Counted from the stretch's first letter, positions 1-10,529 are shown. The stretch: DNA of 64,000 nucleotides from Verrucomicrobiota bacterium (GCA_050011195.1 JBEKJO010000011.1:4958-68957), one strand, 5' to 3'. The notes: a model not told the origin generated them from the sequence alone. Numbers and translations are program-made.

Positions 1-2460
1 CTGGCCCACAGCGAGGCGATGCTGTTCAAGTTCGGCTCCGGCACCGGGACAGATCTCTCCCCCATCCGCTCCGGCAAGGAAAAGCTCAGCGGCGGCGGCC
101 GGCCGAGCGGGCCGTTGTCCTTCCTGAAGGTCTATGACCAGGTGGCCAACGTGGTGAAGTCCGGCGGGAAGACGCGCCGCGCCGCCAAGATGAACACCCT
201 GCGCGACTGGCACGGCGACATCCAGGAATTCATCGAGGCCAAGATGAAGGAGGAGAAGAAGGCCTGGGCGCTCATCGAGCAAGGCTACGACGGCTCCTAC
301 AATGGCGACGCCTACGGCAGCGTGATGTATCAGAACGAGAACCTCTCCGTGCGGGTCAGCGACGCGTTCATGCAAGCCGCGCAGGAGGGCAAGGAATGGT
401 GGACGCGTTCCGTCACGACGGGCAAGCCGCTGGAGAAGAAAGACGCCAGCGCACTGCTGCACAAGATCGCCGAGGGCACGTGGGTCTGCGGCGACCCGGG
501 TCTGCAGTACGACGGCGCCATCCAGAAATGGCACACGTGCAAAGGCACCGAGCCGATTCACTCGACGAATCCGTGCTCGGAATACGTCTTCCTCAACAAC
601 ACCGCCTGCAACCTGGCGTCGCTGAACCTGATGAAGTTCAAGCGTGAGGACGGCACTTTCAATGTCGCGCAGTTCAAGGCCGCCGTGCGAATTTTCATTG
701 CCGCGCAGGAAATCCTGGTTGACAACGCCAGCTATCCGACCAAGGAAATCGCGGAGAACTCCCATATCTTCCGCACGCTTGGCCTGGGTTACGCCAACCT
801 CGGCTCGCTCATCATGAGCTACGGCCTGCCCTACGATTCAGACGAAGGGCGCGCCCTGGCCGGGGCGATTACCGCAATCATGACGGGCCACGCTTACGAG
901 CAATCAGCCGAACTCGCCGCCGTCATGGGCCCCTTTAAGGGCTATCGCGACGCCCGTTGCGCGCATGTGTCCAAGCCGTTAGCCGAGGACAATGCCGAAT
1001 CCATGCTGGGCGTTATTAAGCAGCATCGTGAGGCCGTTGAGGAAATCCAACCCAGCCAGGAATTCAATTATCTGAAAGAGGAAGCGCGCGAGTCCTGGGA
1101 CGGCGCGCTCGAACGCGGCCGCACCGTGGGCTATCGCAACGCGCAAGTCACCGTGCTGGCGCCGACCGGCACCATCGCGTTCCTGATGGACTGCGACACG
1201 ACCGGCATCGAGCCCGACATCGCGCTGGTGAAGTACAAGCTGCTGGCGGGCGGCGGTCTGCTGAAAATTGTCAACCGCACGGTGCCTGAAGCGCTGCGCC
1301 GGCTGGGGTACAGCGCCCGGGAATGCGAGCGCATCATCGCGCATATCGAGAGATGCGATACGATTGAAGACGTTGCCGAGGGCGGCCAAACCATCCGGAG
1401 CGGGTTGAAGCCGGAGCATCTGCCGGTTTTCGATTGCGCCTTCAAGCCGTATCGCGGCCAGCGGAGCATTCAGTACCTGGCCCACCTGAAAATGATGGCG
1501 GCGGCCCAGCCATTCGTCAGCGGCGCGATTTCCAAGACCGTCAACATGCCCAACGAAAGCACGGTCGAAGACGTTCGTGACGCCTATGTGCAGGCGTGGA
1601 GGATGGGCCTCAAGTGCGTGGCCATCTATCGCGACGGCTCAAAGCGCTCGCAGCCGCTTAACACGAAACGAACCAACGAGGGCGGCGATAAGGTCGCCGC
1701 CGCGGACACCTCCACACTGGAAATACGCATCAAGGAACTGGAAGCCGAGGTCGCCCGGCTCAATGCTCAGGCCGGCAAGCCGTTGCGCCGCCGCCTCTCC
1801 GACACCCGCACCGCCATTACGCACAAGTTCGATATAGCGGGCCATGAAGGGTATCTCACCGTCGGGTTGTTTGAGCCCAGCCAGCCGGGCGAGCTGTTTA
1901 TCACGATGGCCAAGGAAGGCTCGACGATCGGCGGGCTGATGGACGGCATTGGCACCCTGACCAGCATGGCGCTGCAGTACGGCGTGCCGCTCGAAGCCCT
2001 GGTCCGAAAATTCGCCCACGTGCGCTTCGAACCCTCGGGCTTTACTAAGAATCCCGATATCCGCAACGCGGCCTCCATCACCGATTACGTATTCCGCTGG
2101 ATGGCCGTGCAATTCATCCCCGGATTCCGCGAGGCCAATTCACCGAATCGCAATCAGCCGGAGCTGGCCATTCCCGGATTGCAGGAAGCGGAGAAGAAGA
2201 AGGTCAACCGGCCCGTGCCGGAGCTGGCCATCGCGGAGGACACCGATATTCTGGACGCTGAATCCGGCCAGCCGGGAAATGGCAGGGGCCATCAACCCGC
2301 CCGGCCCGCCCCCGCCGAGCGGACGGTAAAGACTCTCAGCGATTCGGTCGCGCACTTTCAACAGGATGCGCCCACGTGCCCTAATTGCGGCCACATGACC
2401 GTGCGCAACGGCGCGTGCTACAAGTGCCTCAACTGCGGCGAAAGTCTGGGATGCAGTTAG
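1..2460 (+). CDS. nrdJ: Adenosylcobalamin-dependent (class II) ribonucleotide reductase, 5'-truncated by the window edge
   Basis: The frame is open from nt 1. Motifs: TNPCSEYVFLNNTACNLASLNL, ITHKFDIAGHEGYLTVGLFEPSQPGELFITMAKEGSTIGGLMD, RFEPSGFT. C-terminal Cys4 ribbon CPNCGHMTVRNGACYKCLNCGESLGC. Confidence 0.93.
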   Translation: MAHSEAMLFKFGSGTGTDLSPIRSGKEKLSGGGRPSGPLSFLKVYDQVANVVKSGGKTRRAAKMNTLRDWHGDIQEFIEAKMKEEKKAWALIEQGYDGSYNGDAYGSVMYQNENLSVRVSDAFMQAAQEGKEWWTRSVTTGKPLEKKDASALLHKIAEGTWVCGDPGLQYDGAIQKWHTCKGTEPIHSTNPCSEYVFLNNTACNLASLNLMKFKREDGTFNVAQFKAAVRIFIAAQEILVDNASYPTKEIAENSHIFRTLGLGYANLGSLIMSYGLPYDSDEGRALAGAITAIMTGHAYEQSAELAAVMGPFKGYRDARCAHVSKPLAEDNAESMLGVIKQHREAVEEIQPSQEFNYLKEEARESWDGALERGRTVGYRNAQVTVLAPTGTIAFLMDCDTTGIEPDIALVKYKLLAGGGLLKIVNRTVPEALRRLGYSARECERIIAHIERCDTIEDVAEGGQTIRSGLKPEHLPVFDCAFKPYRGQRSIQYLAHLKMMAAAQPFVSGAISKTVNMPNESTVEDVRDAYVQAWRMGLKCVAIYRDGSKRSQPLNTKRTNEGGDKVAAADTSTLEIRIKELEAEVARLNAQAGKPLRRRLSDTRTAITHKFDIAGHEGYLTVGLFEPSQPGELFITMAKEGSTIGGLMDGIGTLTSMALQYGVPLEALVRKFAHVRFEPSGFTKNPDIRNAASITDYVFRWMAVQFIPGFREANSPNRNQPELAIPGLQEAEKKKVNRPVPELAIAEDTDILDAESGQPGNGRGHQPARPAPAERTVKTLSDSVAHFQQDAPTCPNCGHMTVRNGACYKCLNCGESLGCS

Positions 2461-2587
2461 TTTAGAAGCCTGCACCGGGCACGAAGTCCGAAGGGCTGGG
2501 AAAGCCCTTTCCCTCGCTTCCGGCATGCTTGAATCGAGGGTGGTTTCAGGTTTTGCTTCCCCGGCGCCCCCCTGCTAGGCTGCGGCT

Positions 2588-3274
2588 ATGAATAGCAGCC
2601 CGCAGACCACTTTCATCAAAGAGGACCCTTGGCGCATCTTTCGCATCATGGCCGAGTTCGTCGATTCGTTTGAGACCCTCTCGCAGGTCGGCCCCGGGGT
2701 CACGGTTTTCGGTTCCGCCCGCATGTCCCCGCGCGATGCCCACTACAAGGCCGCAGTCGAATTGGCCCAGGGCCTGGCCAAACACAACCTGGCCATCATC
2801 ACTGGCGGCGGACCGGGCATTATGGAAGCCGCCAACAAGGGCGCCGCGCTCGCCAAAGGAAAATCGGTCGGCCTGAACATCGAGTTGCCGCACGAACAAA
2901 AAGGCAACTGCTACGCCAACATCCCCATCCATTTTCACTACTTCTTCTCGCGCAAGGTCTGCTTCGTGAAATACAGCATCGCCTTTGTTTTCATGCCCGG
3001 TGGCTTCGGCACATTGGATGAATTCTATGAAGTGCTGACGCTGGTGCAGACCGAGCGCATTCCGGCCTTCCCGCTGATCCTCTTTGGCTGCCGGTTCTGG
3101 AAGGGTCTGCTCCACTGGATGAAGACGGCAATGGAGGAGAAGAACAAATTCATCAGCCCCGGCGATCTGGAGCTGGTAACGATCACCGACGACCCGGAAG
3201 AAGCAATCGACGTTATTCTCGACTACGAACGCCGCGTCGGCCCGCCTGAGATTGTCCCGAAGGCCTTCGCTTGA
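2588..3274 (+). CDS. LOG family / TIGR00730 Rossmann-fold protein (cytokinin riboside 5'-monophosphate phosphoribohydrolase-like)
   Basis: Motifs GGGPGIMEAANKGA and PGGFGTLDEFYEVLTLVQT. Typical ~228-aa size. Confidence 0.9.
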   Translation: MNSSPQTTFIKEDPWRIFRIMAEFVDSFETLSQVGPGVTVFGSARMSPRDAHYKAAVELAQGLAKHNLAIITGGGPGIMEAANKGAALAKGKSVGLNIELPHEQKGNCYANIPIHFHYFFSRKVCFVKYSIAFVFMPGGFGTLDEFYEVLTLVQTERIPAFPLILFGCRFWKGLLHWMKTAMEEKNKFISPGDLELVTITDDPEEAIDVILDYERRVGPPEIVPKAFA

Positions 3275-3286
3275 GCCCGCCTCGGG

Positions 3287-4966
3287 TCAGCTTCGAGAGC
3301 CCGACCGTTTGAGTGCTTCGGCGGCCAGCACCTTCTCCTCCGGCAAAAGTTCGGACTTCCGGGCAATGTCCAGATACTTGCCGGCCTTGTTGGTTTCGCC
3401 GGCCGCGGCCAGGAGGAGTCCATAGTAGAGCGCGACGGACGGGGTTTCGAGCGCTTCGGCCTTGAGTTTCTCGAACAGGGCCAATCCCTCCCTGGTCCGC
3501 CCCTGGAGATGAAGGGAGAAGGCGTAGGTGGAAATGACGATGGGTTCCGCGGGATGCCGGGTAAAGACTTCCTTCGCCAACTCGTGCGCCGTGGGCAAGT
3601 TCAGTTTGAGCAGCAGGGAAGTTGCCGCCAGGTTGTTTTGGGCGGAGAAATTCTGCGGGGTGAAGCTCGCCATGGTGGAGTACACCTTGTTCAAAGCGTG
3701 GGTATCGCCCGTGGCCAGATACAGCCGTTCCAGTTCGCGCAGGGCCCAGCGCTCTCGCGGGAAGCGTTGCGCAATCTGCCAAAGCAGATCCTCCCTGGCC
3801 TGGCTCCGTCCGCCACTGTTGGCCATACTGAGCAAGGCGGTCAAGGGACCCAGGCGATCGTCGGCATCCCGGATGGCCGTGCGCCAGCGGGCATCGGCGG
3901 CGAGTTTCTGATTGAGCTCTGCCGCCGCGCGCGAGAGGAAGGCAAATCGCAGGAACTCCAGGTCCCCCCACTTCTGTTCCTGAAGAGAAGTTTCCAGACC
4001 GCGCCAATCTTGCCTGGCCAGATAGCAATCTACCAGCGCCAGTGGGACCGGCTGCTCGGCCCGCAGCTTGGCCGGACAGCCAGTCAGCCAGGCCAGCGCC
4101 TCGTCAGTGAGGCCATGGCCGATCATCCACGATGAAACCCCGTAAACCTCTGCGGCATTGGTGAGCGCATCCTTTTGCAGCCCGCTGAGATAGGCGCTGA
4201 ATTCGGGGTTCCTGGATTGTTGCAGGATCGTGAGATGCTGCAAGCGGTCATCCGGAACGGAATGCAAATCTGCTAGAAGCTGCCGGGAAAAGCGTTCGGC
4301 CGTGGAAAGGTCACCCCGCCCCAAGCTCTCCGCCACCAGCCAGCGGAGGGCAACGGTGCCGACATTGGTGCTGGCGCGCAAGAGTTCGAGGGTGGCCCGC
4401 GCAGCCGCAGGGGCGCCCGCATTAGTGGACTGGAGCCGGAGGACGGCCAAGTTCAACTGGTGCAGCTCATTGGTCGGTTCGAGCCGGCTGGCCTGCTCAA
4501 ACTGGGCGACGGCCTCAGCGGTTCGCTTGAGGCGGAGGGCCAGTTCAGCCGAAACCGCGTGGTAAGCGGCAACCTCTCCGGCTGAGTCTTTGAGTTCGTC
4601 CAGCGTCTGTGCCGCCAGGGGGTAGGGAGGGCTCTGGGACCGCAGGGCGGTGGAGGCGAGCATGAGTTTGTTCTGGATGGTCGGGGACAACTCCACGATG
4701 CGGCGCCGCCAGTCCAAAAGGAAGGGGGAGCGGGACCGTTCGGCCAAATCGGCCATAATCCGGCAGGCCTCCAGGTTGCGGGGATTCACCCGCAAAGTCT
4801 GGCGGGCGTTCAGGGAAACACTGCGGTAGTCTCCTTGGACCAGACATTTCCTGGCCTGTTCGAGCGCCCGCGTCTCCCGGTAGTGCCGGTAAGCGGGGCG
4901 GCCGTAGAACCACAGGCCGAGGCATCCGAGAGCGATTATCAGGCCCGCAAGGACAGCTTTTCTCAT
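3287..4966 (-). CDS. Membrane-anchored TPR-repeat protein
   Basis: N-terminal TM helix (AVLAGLIIALGCLGLWFY) followed by repeated TPR-like helical pairs. No catalytic motif. Confidence 0.75.
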   Translation of the reverse strand: MRKAVLAGLIIALGCLGLWFYGRPAYRHYRETRALEQARKCLVQGDYRSVSLNARQTLRVNPRNLEACRIMADLAERSRSPFLLDWRRRIVELSPTIQNKLMLASTALRSQSPPYPLAAQTLDELKDSAGEVAAYHAVSAELALRLKRTAEAVAQFEQASRLEPTNELHQLNLAVLRLQSTNAGAPAAARATLELLRASTNVGTVALRWLVAESLGRGDLSTAERFSRQLLADLHSVPDDRLQHLTILQQSRNPEFSAYLSGLQKDALTNAAEVYGVSSWMIGHGLTDEALAWLTGCPAKLRAEQPVPLALVDCYLARQDWRGLETSLQEQKWGDLEFLRFAFLSRAAAELNQKLAADARWRTAIRDADDRLGPLTALLSMANSGGRSQAREDLLWQIAQRFPRERWALRELERLYLATGDTHALNKVYSTMASFTPQNFSAQNNLAATSLLLKLNLPTAHELAKEVFTRHPAEPIVISTYAFSLHLQGRTREGLALFEKLKAEALETPSVALYYGLLLAAAGETNKAGKYLDIARKSELLPEEKVLAAEALKRSGSRS

Positions 4967-5112
4967 AAATTCACTGGGCCGCGATTAAATTCTCGACCGG
5001 CCTGTTCGTCAATGGGAATCCGCTCGAAGGAGGCGTTGGCTGGTTGCCGGCTCTGCGCCGGATGTCAGTGGTTTCAAGCCACGAAAATAGTTAAAAAAAA
5101 TGCAGAAAAGCG

Positions 5113-5140
5113 TTGACAGAAACCCCTGTTTGGCTAGAAT
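5113..5140 (+). promoter_or_regulatory. Sigma70-type promoter candidate for the PEP-CTERM gene
   Basis: TTGACA (5113-5118), 16-nt spacer, TAGAAT (5135-5140). An A-rich tract lies upstream, and the site is ~50 nt before the 5189 start. Confidence 0.45.
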
Positions 5141-5188
5141 GCGGAAAAGTATGTGAGTATTTAGGGTGTCGAGCAGCTTTATTGAGAG

Positions 5189-5905
5189 ATGCAGTCTATG
5201 AGAACACTGGGTAAAACAAGGCTCTTTTTGGCCATCGGTGCGCTGTGGGCAGGTTCTGTCGTGCCGCTCTCGGCGCAGACGGTTATCTACTCCAACACGA
5301 ACACCGATCTGGCAACCCGTTTGAACACGGGGACGTATGAAGCCGGTAACGAGATTCTGTTGGCCGGCACCGCGCGGTACCTGACCTACTTCTCCTTCGA
5401 GTACTGGGGCACGGCAAGCTCGTCCAGTTTTTCCGCGCCGATCACAGCCACGCTGACGTTTTACCAAATGAATGGTCCGCTGGTTAGCGGTTACCCGAGC
5501 CCCGGGACAAGCTTTTTTAGCGAGTCGTTTTCGGTCCCTGGTCCAACGCCCCGAAGCACGTTCATCTTTACCCCGGCGTCAGATTTTCCGGGCGGGCAGC
5601 CGCTCTTCATTCCGACCTCCGACATGACCTGGAGCATTCAGTTCTCGGGGATGGGAGCAACCGACGCGGTGGGGGTGGATATCTACGGGCCACCAACAGT
5701 GGGGCAGGCTTATGGCGATTACTGGCAAAACGACGGGACGGTCTTGTCGCCATCGTGGGTGTTGCTGACGAACACCGTGCCGATGGATTTCGCCGCGCAG
5801 ATGTATGCGAATCAGAACATTCCGGAACCTTCGGTCCTCGTCCTCTCGCTGGCCGGTGGCTTGGGGATTCTGACTCTTGTTCGGCGGCTGCGCCGAAGAG
5901 AATAG
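5189..5905 (+). CDS. PEP-CTERM sorting-domain secreted protein
   Basis: Signal peptide. C-terminus is PEPSVLVLSLAGGLGILTLVRRLRRRE, i.e. PEP motif, TM helix and Arg cluster. Confidence 0.85.
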   Translation: MQSMRTLGKTRLFLAIGALWAGSVVPLSAQTVIYSNTNTDLATRLNTGTYEAGNEILLAGTARYLTYFSFEYWGTASSSSFSAPITATLTFYQMNGPLVSGYPSPGTSFFSESFSVPGPTPRSTFIFTPASDFPGGQPLFIPTSDMTWSIQFSGMGATDAVGVDIYGPPTVGQAYGDYWQNDGTVLSPSWVLLTNTVPMDFAAQMYANQNIPEPSVLVLSLAGGLGILTLVRRLRRRE

Positions 5906-5926
5906 GCGGAAGTTGGAGAACTTGCA

Positions 5927-5958
5927 GGGCGCGAGCATCGGCTCGCGCCCTTTTGTTT
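5927..5958. terminator. Intrinsic terminator hairpin between convergent genes
   Basis: GGGCGCGAGC-atcg-GCTCGCGCCC, a 10-bp perfect stem, followed by TTTTGTTT. Confidence 0.6.
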
Positions 5959-5978
5959 GGCGGAGCCGCGCAGGGACC

Positions 5979-7439
5979 TCAAGGAGGTGTCACGGCCTGG
6001 TAGAACCTCCGGGGCGAGCCGCTGACCGAGGAATTAGTGTACCAAAGCTGGCCGCCGGCCAGAGAATTGGTCGCCACCGGAGCCCAGTTCGACAGATTCG
6101 TCGAACTCTGAACGACAACCCCCTGCGGGGCATTCCCGGAGATTCGGAAGGCGAATGTTCCGCCCGTCAGCCACTGCGGAGAATCCAGACGCAATTGGGG
6201 CAGACTCACGTTGAGCGTCCAGGAGATGGTCTGGCTCAAGAGGTTGGTGGGATCATTGCGCACCAGCGAGGTGTTGTCCTTGACCACGGCGCTGACCCCA
6301 TTGGTGCCATTGGGCAGGGATTGTGGCAACAGCGTAAAGCTCAGATTGGTGGCGCCGGTCCAGGGCACTCCGTTGGTGAACCACTGCACATTCAGATTAT
6401 GCGTGGCGGGTTGGAGCAGCGTCAGGCTGAAGGCCAGGGCTTGGGTGGTGGTGACCGAGAAGTTCGTGCTGGCGGGGGAAAAACCATCCACGGGCCGAAC
6501 CCGCTGATAGATGGCCAGCACAAGGGCCTCGCTGCAAACGCTGCAGAAGGGGAATCCGGCGGAATTCATGGCGCAACTGAGTTCGGGGCGATACCAGTTC
6601 GTCGGGTGGTACTGGGCGCCTAAAAACAGCCCAACGGCATCCTCGCCAAAGTCATAGGTATCCGGCGTGGGAATGGGGGTGCCGGTTGAAATCCACGCGT
6701 TCCATTTGATCAGCGTGCGGTTCGTTTGCTGCGTGGTGTTCCACCCCTCCGTGCTGGGAGCGCCCGCATAGGGGTTGGTGTACGTGTACTCGTCGCTCAG
6801 GTTGGCCAGCACGTGGCCGGTCTCATGCGTCAGGATATAGGGCGGATACGGTGGCATTTCGGAAGGAAGGGCCCCAGTCGAGGCAATGGCAGTCTTGTAA
6901 AATCCATCCGAGCCGCCGTCCTCGCCATCATTCACCAGCAAAACCGGGAGCTGACAGTTGGGCATGTTGGTCTGGAGCAGCGCATCCACTTTGCCCTGGC
7001 CGTCGCTGTAATTAGTGTCGGCCCAGTTGGGTGGAATCGTGATCAGCCGATTCTCAGTCGGGTCATAGATACTGTTGAAATAGGTGTCGTTGGTGATGGT
7101 GAGGGAGTAATGAGTGGAACCGGATTCCTGGGAAGCAACCTTGATGGCAAACGCGTTGAAGTAGTTTGTGTATTCTTGATAAGGCGGGTGGGACAAGAGC
7201 GCATAGACGGCGTTGGACGCGTCCACGGAAAACTGAGCGAGTTGATTGGCGGTGTAGCCCTCGGAAAGCACCACGATGTTGAGCCGGTTCGACACCGGGC
7301 CATTGGTCAGAATGGTCTGCATCAAGGGCTGGGCCAACGCGCGCGGCGAACTACAGGTCGCGACCGCGACAACCAGGCAACCGGCGACAGAACCGCAGCC
7401 AAAGCGGTTGAATGGATTAAGCCGGTTCACACTACTCAA
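5979..7439 (-). CDS. Secreted M64-family (IgA-peptidase-like) zinc metallopeptidase with a C-terminal beta-sandwich tail
   Basis: Signal peptide. NIVVLSEGYT and LTHETGHVLANLSDEY (HExxH...DEY) are typical of Peptidase_M64. The only candidate starts are TTG at 7439 or GTG at 7430. Confidence 0.85.
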   Translation of the reverse strand: MSSVNRLNPFNRFGCGSVAGCLVVAVATCSSPRALAQPLMQTILTNGPVSNRLNIVVLSEGYTANQLAQFSVDASNAVYALLSHPPYQEYTNYFNAFAIKVASQESGSTHYSLTITNDTYFNSIYDPTENRLITIPPNWADTNYSDGQGKVDALLQTNMPNCQLPVLLVNDGEDGGSDGFYKTAIASTGALPSEMPPYPPYILTHETGHVLANLSDEYTYTNPYAGAPSTEGWNTTQQTNRTLIKWNAWISTGTPIPTPDTYDFGEDAVGLFLGAQYHPTNWYRPELSCAMNSAGFPFCSVCSEALVLAIYQRVRPVDGFSPASTNFSVTTTQALAFSLTLLQPATHNLNVQWFTNGVPWTGATNLSFTLLPQSLPNGTNGVSAVVKDNTSLVRNDPTNLLSQTISWTLNVSLPQLRLDSPQWLTGGTFAFRISGNAPQGVVVQSSTNLSNWAPVATNSLAGGQLWYTNSSVSGSPRRFYQAVTPP

Positions 7440-10203
7440 AACTCAGGACGTAAAAGCGGTTGCCTGTGTCGGCGGGCAGCGTGAGGACGAACTGGCCGTT
7501 GGTCAGGACGGGGTTATTCGTCACGGCGGTCCACTGGATCGGAGGCGAGAGACTGCTGGTCTGTTCCAACACAAAGCCGGTCGGCGTATTCGTCCAGGCC
7601 AGCGTGACCTGATGATTGGTGGAAGGGGTGACATTTAAGGCGGGCACCGGCTCTGCCGTGACACAGCCGGAGAATTCGGAGGTGTTGGTGGCGCTGTCGG
7701 TCGCGGTGGCGGTGGCGGTGATGGAGTAACCAATCGGGACCGACCCCTGCAAGGCAGCCACAAAACTCGCATTGCAATCATTCCCGGTTTCAACGTTCAT
7801 CTGGCCGAGGTAAATCTGACCCTGCCCATTATTCGGGAAGATAGAGCTGCCGCAACTGGGATTGGCAAAGAACTGAAGCAGGAACCTCGCGTTAGGCCGG
7901 CTGTTGAGCGTGCCGGCTATCCCGATGCCTCTGCCGCTGACGGCCTGCGTAAGAATCGGATAGTTCTGTCCCATGTTGGCATCAGAACCTGTGCCCATGT
8001 CGCACGAAATATTGGCATTAACGCCGTAAGTGCCCAGATCGATGCCCAGGGCGGCGTTGGAAAAGATCGCATTGCCCAGGATTGCATTATTGGTGCTGCC
8101 GTCCCGGATGCGGACGCCGGTGTAGTTTTTGGCAAAAGCAATCCGGTTGCCCGCAGCGCCATCTCCGCCGATCGTGTTATTGCAGGCACCCACGTCGCAC
8201 TCCACGTTGTGCCATGTATTACCCAATCCGTTGGTCCCATCGGCTTTGGTCCCGATCAAGTTGCCTTGGATCACATTCCACGAGGCATTGATCAGATAGA
8301 TCCCGTCATAGTACGGGGAAGAAGGGCCGTTTCCAGAAATCAGGTTGCCAGCCCCGGGCACAGCCCCGCCGATGGTATTGGTTGACGCCCCTTCGACGGC
8401 GATTCCATCGTACCCATTGGCCAAGGGCGATGTTCCGGTTACGTCCGTGCCGATGGTATTACCCTGGATCAGGTTGGCGCCGCTGGTGAACAGGCCAATG
8501 CCGTACCCGCCGTTGGCGGAGATCAAGTTGCCCTCGCCGGCGGCCGTCCCCCCAATGATGTTCCCCGGCGCCCCCAAAACGCTCACCCCCCCCCCGCCGT
8601 TTCCCAACCCGGTGGTTCCGCCGGCGACAGTCCCAATATAATTGCCCTGGACGACGTTAGCCACCGCATTGGACCCATCCAGGAAGATGCCGGCTTGGCC
8701 ATTGCCGGAAATCAGGTTGCCCGCCCCACTCAGGGCGCCGCCAACGGTGTTGCCCGGCGACTGGATGTGGACCCCGCAAAGGTTGTTGGCTAAAGCGGAC
8801 TGGCCGCTGACAGCCGTACCGATGAAGTTGCCCTGAATCGAGTTGCCAGTTGCCCCAGTGTTATAAATCTCGATGCCATAGTTCGCATTGCCGGAAATGA
8901 CGTTAGTCGCGCCGGGCGTTGTCCCGCCGACCGTGTTTGAGCTGGCGCTATCAATCGAAATGCCATCCACCGCATTGCCCAGCGCATTGGCGCCCGTCGC
9001 GTCCACGCCGATATAATTGCCCTGAACGAGATTGCCGACGGAGTTGGTCGTGATATAGATGCCGGACAGCTTGTTGGCCGAAATGACGTTGCGCGCCGCT
9101 GCTGTGGTCCCGCCGACCACATTGTTGTTCCCCCCGAAAATCGTGACCCCGGAATACTGGTTCCCGAGCGCTTTCCCGCCCGACGCGTCGGTGCCGATAT
9201 AGTTCCCCTGCACCAGATTGCTGGCCGCGCCCGCGCCATTCAGCGACACGCCGCCCTGGCTGTTGCCGGAGAGAAGGTTCCCGGGGCCAATGGTATTGGC
9301 CGGCGCTCCATTGACAGTGACCCCATCGCCCACATTGGGTATGGCCAGGCTCCCGTTGGTGTCCGTGCCGATGTAGTTGCCCTCGACCAGATTCCCGGTC
9401 GTGCCTGAGCCGACCAAGTAAACACCGCTCCCGCCATTTCCCGAAATGACGTTCCGCGCTCCCGCCGCCGCGCCTCCGACCTGATTCCCGGCAGCGGGGT
9501 AGAGGCTGATGCCGTTGTTGCTATTGCCCAGCGCATTGGTGCCCGTCACGTCCACGCCGATGAGGTTGCCTTGAACAGTATTGCCGCTGCAGCTTTGCAA
9601 GTACACCCCGGGGCCGACGTTGCCTGAGATGACGTTGCGGTTGGCAGGAGACGGTCCGCCAATCCAGTTGCCCGGGGACTCAAAAATATACACGCCCCCC
9701 GACTGAAGAACCGAGCCATTGCCCAGCGCATAGGTGCCCGTTGGGTCGGTGCCGATGAAGTTGCCCTGGATGAAGTTTGTTCCCCCGGGAAGCTCGACGT
9801 GAATGCCGGCGCCGCCGAAGCGATTGATGGCCAGGCCGCGAATCGTGCTGTTGCCCGCCGTCAAGAGCAAGCCGTCGCTGGTGGTCCCGGCATTGGCACC
9901 GTTGAGTTCGATGAGGGGCGTGCCGGCGAAACCGGGCTGGGTAGTGCCATCAATCACCACGGGGTTGGAAATAGTGGGTAATGCGTTGGTTGGGGTGATG
10001 GTGTGCACCCCAGTGCCTGGGATTTCAAAAACAATCGTATTGAGCCCGTTCGCAGCATTGTCGGCATCCTGAATGGCCTGCCACAACGACCCCGGACCAC
10101 TGGCGCTTGTGTTGGTAACCATGAAAGTTGCGGCCATGCCATGTGGCGCGGCGAGCGCGGCGAGGAAGGCCGTGACGACAAGAGCGGCGAGCTGCTTGCT
10201 CAT
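7432..10203 (-). CDS. Secreted right-handed parallel beta-helix repeat protein
   Basis: Start chosen at MSKQLAALVVTAFLAALAAPHGMA (signal peptide); the ORF is open to 10290. There are dozens of ~46-aa double repeats (GN.IQGN.IGTD..G...LGN...G..I....N.VGG....ARNVISGN). The stop overlaps or abuts the M64 start. Confidence 0.8.
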   Translation of the reverse strand: MSKQLAALVVTAFLAALAAPHGMAATFMVTNTSASGPGSLWQAIQDADNAANGLNTIVFEIPGTGVHTITPTNALPTISNPVVIDGTTQPGFAGTPLIELNGANAGTTSDGLLLTAGNSTIRGLAINRFGGAGIHVELPGGTNFIQGNFIGTDPTGTYALGNGSVLQSGGVYIFESPGNWIGGPSPANRNVISGNVGPGVYLQSCSGNTVQGNLIGVDVTGTNALGNSNNGISLYPAAGNQVGGAAAGARNVISGNGGSGVYLVGSGTTGNLVEGNYIGTDTNGSLAIPNVGDGVTVNGAPANTIGPGNLLSGNSQGGVSLNGAGAASNLVQGNYIGTDASGGKALGNQYSGVTIFGGNNNVVGGTTAAARNVISANKLSGIYITTNSVGNLVQGNYIGVDATGANALGNAVDGISIDSASSNTVGGTTPGATNVISGNANYGIEIYNTGATGNSIQGNFIGTAVSGQSALANNLCGVHIQSPGNTVGGALSGAGNLISGNGQAGIFLDGSNAVANVVQGNYIGTVAGGTTGLGNGGGGVSVLGAPGNIIGGTAAGEGNLISANGGYGIGLFTSGANLIQGNTIGTDVTGTSPLANGYDGIAVEGASTNTIGGAVPGAGNLISGNGPSSPYYDGIYLINASWNVIQGNLIGTKADGTNGLGNTWHNVECDVGACNNTIGGDGAAGNRIAFAKNYTGVRIRDGSTNNAILGNAIFSNAALGIDLGTYGVNANISCDMGTGSDANMGQNYPILTQAVSGRGIGIAGTLNSRPNARFLLQFFANPSCGSSIFPNNGQGQIYLGQMNVETGNDCNASFVAALQGSVPIGYSITATATATDSATNTSEFSGCVTAEPVPALNVTPSTNHQVTLAWTNTPTGFVLEQTSSLSPPIQWTAVTNNPVLTNGQFVLTLPADTGNRFYVLSFE

Positions 10204-10529
10204 TCGCAGGAACGGAGCCTGGTGTTCATCCGTCATAATTGCGGTGCTAGTTGGTCCCATACTATCATACCAGCCGGGCGAAGCAAGCATATAAGGGCGA
10301 CAGCTTTGGGCCGCGGATTGAATGGATTACAGAGGTGAAGGCGAGAAAAAGGCTTGGAGCGGCGGGGCGGCAACGAAAAGTTAATTGAGTCAAACGGGTA
10401 GAAAAGGTTAAATGAGGAGGCGGCCCTGGAGATTTTCCTCGCAACCCGCGAGCATATTGGGGCATCGTAGTGCCGTTCGAGAAAGCCCGAAGTCCGAAAC
10501 GAAGTTGAACTCCGGGACGTTGCGAGCAA

